Assembly: GCA_036172245.1 (NCBI GenBank)
Contig: JAYWIR010000009.1
Coordinates: 744,001-808,000, forward strand
From: Raillietiella orientalis
Lineage: Eukaryota
Length of the DNA: 64,000 bases
Direction of reading: 5' to 3'
In this document: positions 57,101-64,000 of the stretch, one piece after another
Layout: each line of letters begins with the position of its first letter
How positions within the stretch are numbered: position 1 is the stretch's first letter
Made by a program: the position numbers and the translations under genes
The notes under the pieces: model-generated
What the model was told of the DNA's origin: nothing
Database searches by the model: none
Seen by the model: the letters and a program-made list of their open reading frames with translations, nothing else

Positions 57101-59692
57101 AAGCGAGGCAGCCCAAAGTGGATGGGTGACGCTCTCCCGTCTGGGGTCGTCGCGCGGGGCGTCATCTCGCGGTGGGCCGCTCCCTCTCCCCTCCCCGGAT
57201 CGCCCTCACCCGGGAGCATTTCAGTACGGGCGTGATGATCCATCGATCGTCGTCGTCCGGCTCCCGTTCGACGGCTGATTCCTTGCCGGCCAGAGCAGCA
57301 CGGGAAGGGCAAAAATAAATAAATAAATAAACAAACAGGAAGGAGACGTCGGGGAGCGGAGAATCCGCCAGCCGGAAGAAGAGCGCGAGCTCTCGGAGTT
57401 TTTTGCGTTGTTTGCCTTTTAATGCGGGAGGCGTCCTCTGGATCCGCGCGTGGATCCACGCGAGGCGGGCGGGGGAGGAATCCGGGAAAGAGCGAAAAGG
57501 GAGGGGAAAAAGGAGGGAAGGGAGAGGGGGGCGCAGGGGGAAGATATGATGACTCAAACTCCCTGGGTACTTCTCGGGCAACGACGGAGGCCCCCCGTTC
57601 CGTCACTGAGGGAACCGCGCTGGCGCTTACCTCCTCGTGGTGGCGCGCGCGCTAGAGAGGTCGCGTCCTCTTCTCACGTGGAGGGAGAAAACTGGGGGTG
57701 CAGAGTCGAACCCCCTCCCTCCGGCGTTCTTTCCGCTTGGGGTCGGGGAAAGCGGAAGGCTGTCTGGAGGCAAAGGGGTCAGAAGAGGAGGGGGAAGGGG
57801 ATGGCATCCGCGCCTCCCCAACATCTCAGGCGAATAGACGTTGCTCGGCGGAGGCGGGGCGCGTGCGCCGGCTTTTGGTTCCGTGCGATCCGGGGCAGGC
57901 AACGGGCCGAGGGATTCCTAAACAGGGACCGTCGCGGGAGAATCTGGAGCCAAGCCTGGAGAGGACCGGGAAGCTCCCATAGGCGGAAGGGTCCTGGGGA
58001 GCGACCAGCACGGGCCCGCAGGGGGCTCCTCTTTCCTGGATGCCAGGAAATGAATCGCGCGCCTTCTTCCCCCCCTCCCCTCCACCCTTTTGGCTCCTCC
58101 TACTCTCCCTCTTCCCCCGGACGTCCCCTTCTCTCGCTAGGGGGCCTTGATGACGCTCGACTCTCCATCGCCTTCCTCTTCTTGCTGCGTAGGGAAAGAG
58201 AGAGGGAGGATGGGGGGATTTCCCTCGCCCCCCCTGGTTCCTAAGAGAAGCGATTTTCCCTCGGCTTCCGGAGAAGCTGGCGGCCTCCCCGGACCGGAGG
58301 GGGTTGGGAGAGAGAGGGGCCAGTTGCATCAGTGACGGGACCTTCGCGCGCCCTCTGACTGCCAGATCTTTCGACGGTGCAGCGGGAAGAGACGGAGGCT
58401 GCGACCCTCGAGCGGTCGCTTCCCTTCCGCCCCAGCGGGGCAGGGAGGGGGAACAGAAAGCTTTCCCCCGGGGAGGCCACGCTGCCTGAATGGTGCGGGC
58501 GCTGGAAGCGGACTCGGGGCGGCTCCATGAGGCGCGGAAGCAAGCGAGCGAGAAGCTCAGCGTCCTCTTGTGGCAGGCGGCCGCATCACACCGCCTGGGT
58601 CTCCCTGGCGAGAGCTCTGTGGATCCACTCCTTCCCTGGCACGTCCTCCAGCAGGTCGCATCTCCGGGGAGGTCGCGGAGGGGTCACACATTTCCCGCGG
58701 GAGTGCGGGAGGATGGAGGATCCCCCGCCTCGGAACGGCAGGCGATCCGTCCGGAGGAGGATCGGGGGTCTCCGCTGCGGCCGTGGTGTGCTGGGAGGTT
58801 GAGGAGGACCGACCGGCCGGCCGGGGAGGCGGGACCGTTGCGTGTCGTAGCGATTGAGTCCGCCGCTCACGACGTCACCGGGGACCCCCGATGCACACGC
58901 GAGTCCCCACGTCCAGGGGCCTGGCCGGCCCCAGGGCGTGGAGCCAGGATCGCTGCCACCGCGTTTATCCCTGGGGGAGCCCGGAGAAGGTCGAGGACGC
59001 GCCTTCTGGAGCCCCTTCCGGCCAGAAGCGACCGCGGTAGACCGCACGAGCAGGGAGCAGCACCCCGCCCTGGGGGAGCAACAGGCCGGTCGCGCTGCTC
59101 CCCTGCGCCGGTTTTTCCGTCCGGCGGGATCGGACCGCTGCGTCCCCCACCCCCTCTCCGTCCTCGTCATTTCCGGGAGCGGCTGCCCGGAACGCCCCCG
59201 CTTCCTCTTTCGGTCCTCGCTCGAAGCATCTCTGTTCGGGAGAGACAGGGGAGGGCTAGTGGGCTGAAGAACCCGCCTCCTGGAGGAGAGCACCAAGGAG
59301 GAGACGCCCTTCACTCTCCCCCGGAGGGACGAGCGGGGGTATCCGCCCCGCGCGCCCCTCCTCCGGCCGGTCAGGACGAGAAGGTCCGTCGCAACAGCAG
59401 CGGCGGCGGCGAGATTTTCTTTCAGATCTCCCGCCCACCCCCCATCCGGCGTTCCTCCCCTCCGACATTCCCTCCTCGTGGGGGCGCAATCAGAGGACCC
59501 TGTTCTCGATGCGAGCAGCCTGATCCCGCCCTCCCCAAGAGCTCGTTTCCTTGCCAACGCTGGCGTGTGGCACATGAAGTCCATCGGACACACAAAGGGC
59601 CCCACACGGGGGCCTTCCGCCCCATTTCCTTCCGAGCACATCTTCACGAGTGTCTGTGTACGGCCTCGCACATCCCTGTATACGGAGATGAA

Positions 59693-59716
59693 TATAGAGA
59701 TGTATACATCTCTATA
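59693..59716. repeat. Perfect 24-bp palindrome TATAGAGATGTATACATCTCTATA
   Basis: Read directly; it lies in a degenerate low-complexity tract. Confidence 0.9.
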
Positions 59717-62700
59717 CGCAGAGCAGGCCTCTGTGTACGCTCTTGCTCATGTCTGCACACAGAGTGTGTACCTGTGTACACCCGCGTGCACCCAGGCACG
59801 TCCGCGCGCCCTCATGTGCCAGCGCACGAGCGGCGTGTCGCATCGGTCCCTCTGGGGCCTTTGCCTCCCCCGGCTCATGGAGCTCTCCCCGGGACTCACG
59901 GAGGAGGCGTGGGGCTCTGTTCGCCCAAGGAACGCGGGCCCCAGGGGCAACCCACCTCGGGTGAGGTCGCAGAAGGTCCCGGGGACGCCGGCGGTTCCCG
60001 GGGTGCGCAGCTGGCGGTCCTCTCAGAGCGGCTGCCGGACGCACGCGTTGCTTGGCGTCCGGTCTCCTCGAGAGGGGCAGAGGAGGCTCGCGTTGCCCGC
60101 GCAATCGCCTCCTAAGCATGCGGCTCCAGAGCGCAGCTTTTCCTCCCCTGCCCGAGCAGACCCCTCCCGAGCTCACGCCTGCCCCCTCACCCTCGAAGGG
60201 AGCGCCTCCCTCTGTGGCGGTGCAGCTCCTGGGAGGGCGAGCGGGACAGGGAAGGAACCCTCGCGTTGTTGCCCCTTCTCTCGCGGCCCCTGCGGGGAAG
60301 CAGAGTCTCCGCCCCAGGCGTCTGCAAGACGAAGGGCGACCTCGAGGTTATGGTTCGGGTGGCGGATGTAGGCGCGCGACCCGCTCCGCGGAGGGGTTAG
60401 CCGGCAGGGAAGCTCCCGCCAAGGGGAGCCGTCAGGGCAGCGGCCCTGAGCACCAGGAAAGGGGAGGGACGCGAAGAAGGTTTCAAAACGAAGCTCCCGG
60501 GGAGTTGCCGGTTGCGGACCTTCGGAGGATCCTAGGGACCTGGCGAATCCCCCCGACCGAACTCGACCCTGGCTGCTTACAAGGCTGGTCAGTTCTGAGC
60601 GGAAGCGGCGAGCAAAATGGCTCCACAAGCCAGGGGTAGATGGAGATACGACCACGGGAGCTACATGCGCCTCCGTCTGAGGGCGCGCGCATCTTGGTGG
60701 AGTCACCGCGGCCGCGGAGCCAGTGGCGTTGTCCCCGACAACCGCGACCCGCTCCCGGCGATCTCCTGCATTCACTCCATGATGTCGTCCCGGGAGGAGG
60801 TGGAAGGGGAGGGGGAGAGGAGGAGAAGATCTGCTTTGGAGCCGTTGCACCGGGAAGCGGGAGGGGAGGCGGAAAAGGGGACGTCGCATACCGCACTGGC
60901 TCACACAGGGTGGTGTTGTGCCAGCACCTCTACGGAAACACCCTCAAGGGCAGTGTCTCGGGCTAGGTCACCTCGTTCCCTCGGGGGAAGTAGCGAAAAC
61001 TGGTGAGCAGAGAAGAAGGGCGTGGACGGGAGATGGTCCACGGTGGTCTGCAGCGCAAGGGAGAAAAGCAGAGCAGGTCCAGGGGCAGACGGAGGGCTGG
61101 GGAAGGGAAAGAGAGTGTGCAGTGGGGTCGCTGCTGCCGCGCCCCCGAAGTCGCGGATGGCTCCAAGATGCACCAAACTCCAACTGCTCTTGGCTGCTGC
61201 TGCGGCCATAATGCGGAGGGTGCCTCTCTACCTTCTCCCCGGGCAGATCCGCGGCGAATCCCTGACCCGGTGAAGGGGATGCTCGCCCGGCGCCCCTAGG
61301 CAGCGAGCCGTCGCCGTCGGCCGCCTCCGCCGAGTTCGAAGACCGCCGTCTGAATCCCGGGCTTTCCAGAACCCTCCGCGCCAACCTTTCCGCCCCCGAG
61401 GTCTTAGATCGATCGGCGTGCGAGGAGCTGTTTCTGGCGAGTCCCCCCAGGCTGGGTGAGTTTAGTACGATTCCTGGAAGACATCTCTCCCTTCTCTGAG
61501 GAGGAATAGAAGAGTAATGGAGGAAGAGGTGAATAAAGAGGAAAGGAGAAGGAGAAGAAGTTAGGAAGGATGATGATGAATGAAGCAATGGAGGGGGAGG
61601 AGGACGGCCGGGCTGCGTTGCGCTCACGCCGGGGGTGTGTGACCACAATGAACGGGACCAAGGCACCTCCTAATTATCAGCTTTTTTGCCGACGTGCTCC
61701 CGGCACGCTCCCCAGGTTTCCCGCTCGCGAAGCATCGACGCCGCACTCTCTCCTTTCCCGTGCAGGTCCGCTTTGCCGCTTCCTCCGCCGGCGGCGACCG
61801 GGAGGAGGAACCGGGCCGTTGCGTCTCCCGCTCGGCAGAGTTTCTTCCCGTGCCTCCCTGCGACCCATCCCGCGAGGCGCGCCGCTTCGTCCCAGCCTCT
61901 CCCTAATCACCGTTTCCGGAATGGCGATTTATTTGTCCCGAACGCAGAAACGGCCTCTTAGGTGTTGTCTTAATGGCCACATTAACTGGATGCGGACAGG
62001 TGCGCCAACGCCGAGATCTCCTCCAATTAGTTGGTCGTGTTCCTCCATGCGGCCCGAGTTTACGGAAACGAGGCCTCGTTACTCGCCGAAATTAAGGAAC
62101 AGTTATCGGCAAAGAACAATTAAGAAACAATCATTCGCCGGTTAAGCGGCTGAGGAGCGATCATTCCCGGATTCTGGGAAACCTTCGATGGGTCCTCGCA
62201 GCTGGTGCGCAAACAGCAGCGGATGAACGCCGCGGGAATCGATACGGGGGACCGCTCCTGCGGCCCGCCCGGCCACCCGCCCCTTTCGATCGCCTCTCGC
62301 TGCACCCGCCGCCACCCGCCGCAGAATTGGTTCGCCAAAGACAAAAAACAAGAGGTCGGATTTATGGCTGGCGTGACCGCGATGCCGTTTCCACGAGATG
62401 TTCCGGCTCTCAAGATAACGCGGGATGCGGATCGTTTGTCATCCTTCGAAGATGAAGGCATTCCATCTTTGTTTATTTTCCCTTATGGCTCCTGAAACTC
62501 AAGAGCGCATTAACTTGTCTTCGGCGAGAGCACGCAGCCTTTCATATTTCTTCTCGGAACAAAGTTCATCGCCTCCGAAGCTTCATCAATCAGATGGAAG
62601 CGGAGCGTCAGTAACAATGGTGCTTTGCTGATGAAAGTGCGATCCGCAGCTTCCAAGGTATCTGCCTAGGAACCCCGTCGTTGCACAGGGAGCGGCCGGA

Positions 62701-64000
62701 TCCACTCGAGAGATGAACGTAATAAGATCAAAGGATATGAGATGACTCGAGGTGGTTGCCCTGGGCTGGCTGAGATGTATCTTCCCGGGACGAGGAAGGT
62801 TCCATCAGGAGGCTGCCATCAAGTGGCGGCGGGGGAGCTCCACTTGAGCTCTTCGTTCGCTGCAGTTTACCTCTCGGCTCGTCAGCAAAACAGCCTCTGC
62901 GAAACGAACCGCTGTCCACGACCGAACAGGATCGGGGAGGGACCAGTCGGGACCCCACGGACGCTTCCTCTTGGACACCGTCCGTGCGATCGCTTGGCGG
63001 TGCTGCATCGAACCGCTTCACTCTTCGCGCACGCAGATGGCTTCTCTTCCCAGCGAGGATCCGGTGAGTCGTCGTGACTTGCTGGGTCCAACCCTCTGCG
63101 ACGCCGAAGAAACAGGATGAAATAAACGAAGAGTGCTGAGGCTGCTGATGCATGCGAGATGATCCTCGGTACTGCGAGCACCGTGAAGCGTGCACGCCCT
63201 CCTTCCCTCGTCCAGCCAGATTTCGGAACCGATCTCGGCTCTTCTGCGGACGGGAGTCATTGATCTCTTGGTCCCCTCTCCCCAGCGTGCTGGCTGTTTT
63301 CATTTGATTTTTCTTGTTGCCTGCATGCCGTCAGCGAGGAAAATGGTGGCTGCGCAAATTTTCGAAAAGCCTTGCGCCTCAGCCACCTTGCCACTCTCGG
63401 ATGCTGCTTGTTCCACCAGGAACGAGGGGCAGAAGAGAATCCCGGTATCACTGACGTGGGGAATCATTTGCTCTGGAAAAATGGAGAGGGGGAGGGAGAG
63501 CTAGCTCGTTGCCCTTCTCAGGGATACATGCTGGGCTTTGTAGGCTGCTCTGGAAACCGTCCTCTGCTGCAAAAAGCATCTCATCCTGCAGAGAGCGGCA
63601 GCGCGAATTATTTCATCGGATCAAATTGATCGCGACGCAGATTGATTTCCTCCGCGCTCTTCTTTATTGCATTTGCATTCCTCGACGCTGTTCCGATCGA
63701 TGAAATTGGGTCATCCGCCGTCGATTCCGGGAAAACGCGGCGTTCTCCTCCCCTTACAAATTGCCAATTTTTAAACCGGGGTCATCGATAACTGTCACTG
63801 CACCGGTGCACAACGGATTCAGTTGATGATGATACGCATGCATATCCCGGATGGCTTGCAATTCCTCCAGTAGTCCCAGGAGGTTACCATGGCCACCACC
63901 GAAACGCTGCCTTGCTATTTTTATCAATCATCCATTGTTGAGTGCCTGTAATGCTTTCCGCCACCTGCTCTGCTCCTCCGTGACGTCAAACGCGCGCAAA

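Noticed and set aside
58490..60115. 541-aa ORF
   Set aside because: It is an R/P/G/S-rich low-complexity translation running through simple repeats. Only the first ~100 aa faintly resemble LINE ORF2. Such ORFs are expected by chance at this GC content.
63268..63290. miR-133-like TTGGTCCCCT
   Set aside because: Only the first 10 nt match and there is no convincing precursor hairpin. By eye I also found no miR-10, miR-993 or iab-4.
1..64000. Prokaryotic system (operon, CRISPR array, defence locus)
   Set aside because: There is no gene-dense organisation and no repeat-spacer array. Microsatellites, LINE/SINE relics and a NUMT indicate eukaryotic nuclear DNA.

Overview
GC-rich, CpG-undepleted nuclear DNA of a eukaryote. 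An invertebrate, probably an arthropod, is suggested by an embedded AT-rich mitochondrial 16S fragment. I recognise no intact protein-coding gene, and the supplied ORFs look like chance or decayed-transposon frames. The window is a mosaic of five components. (1) Many old, frameshifted L1/Tx1-like non-LTR retrotransposon remnants, some stacked head-to-tail. (2) Four copies, in two subfamilies, of a ~600-760 bp SINE I cannot assign to a known family; it has a tRNA-like head and a body of ~40-bp tandem units and C(UUCG)G-type hairpins. (3) An inverted pair of ~360-bp repeats with an invariant 52-bp core. (4) A ~190-bp rrnL NUMT, with a possible U2 snRNA 5' fragment nearby. (5) Unique, more AT-rich islands carrying Hox/TALE/paired-homeodomain composite motifs, suggesting an intron or gene desert near a developmental gene. 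All alignments and motif calls were made by eye, repeat boundaries are approximate, and novelty cannot be confirmed without database searches.
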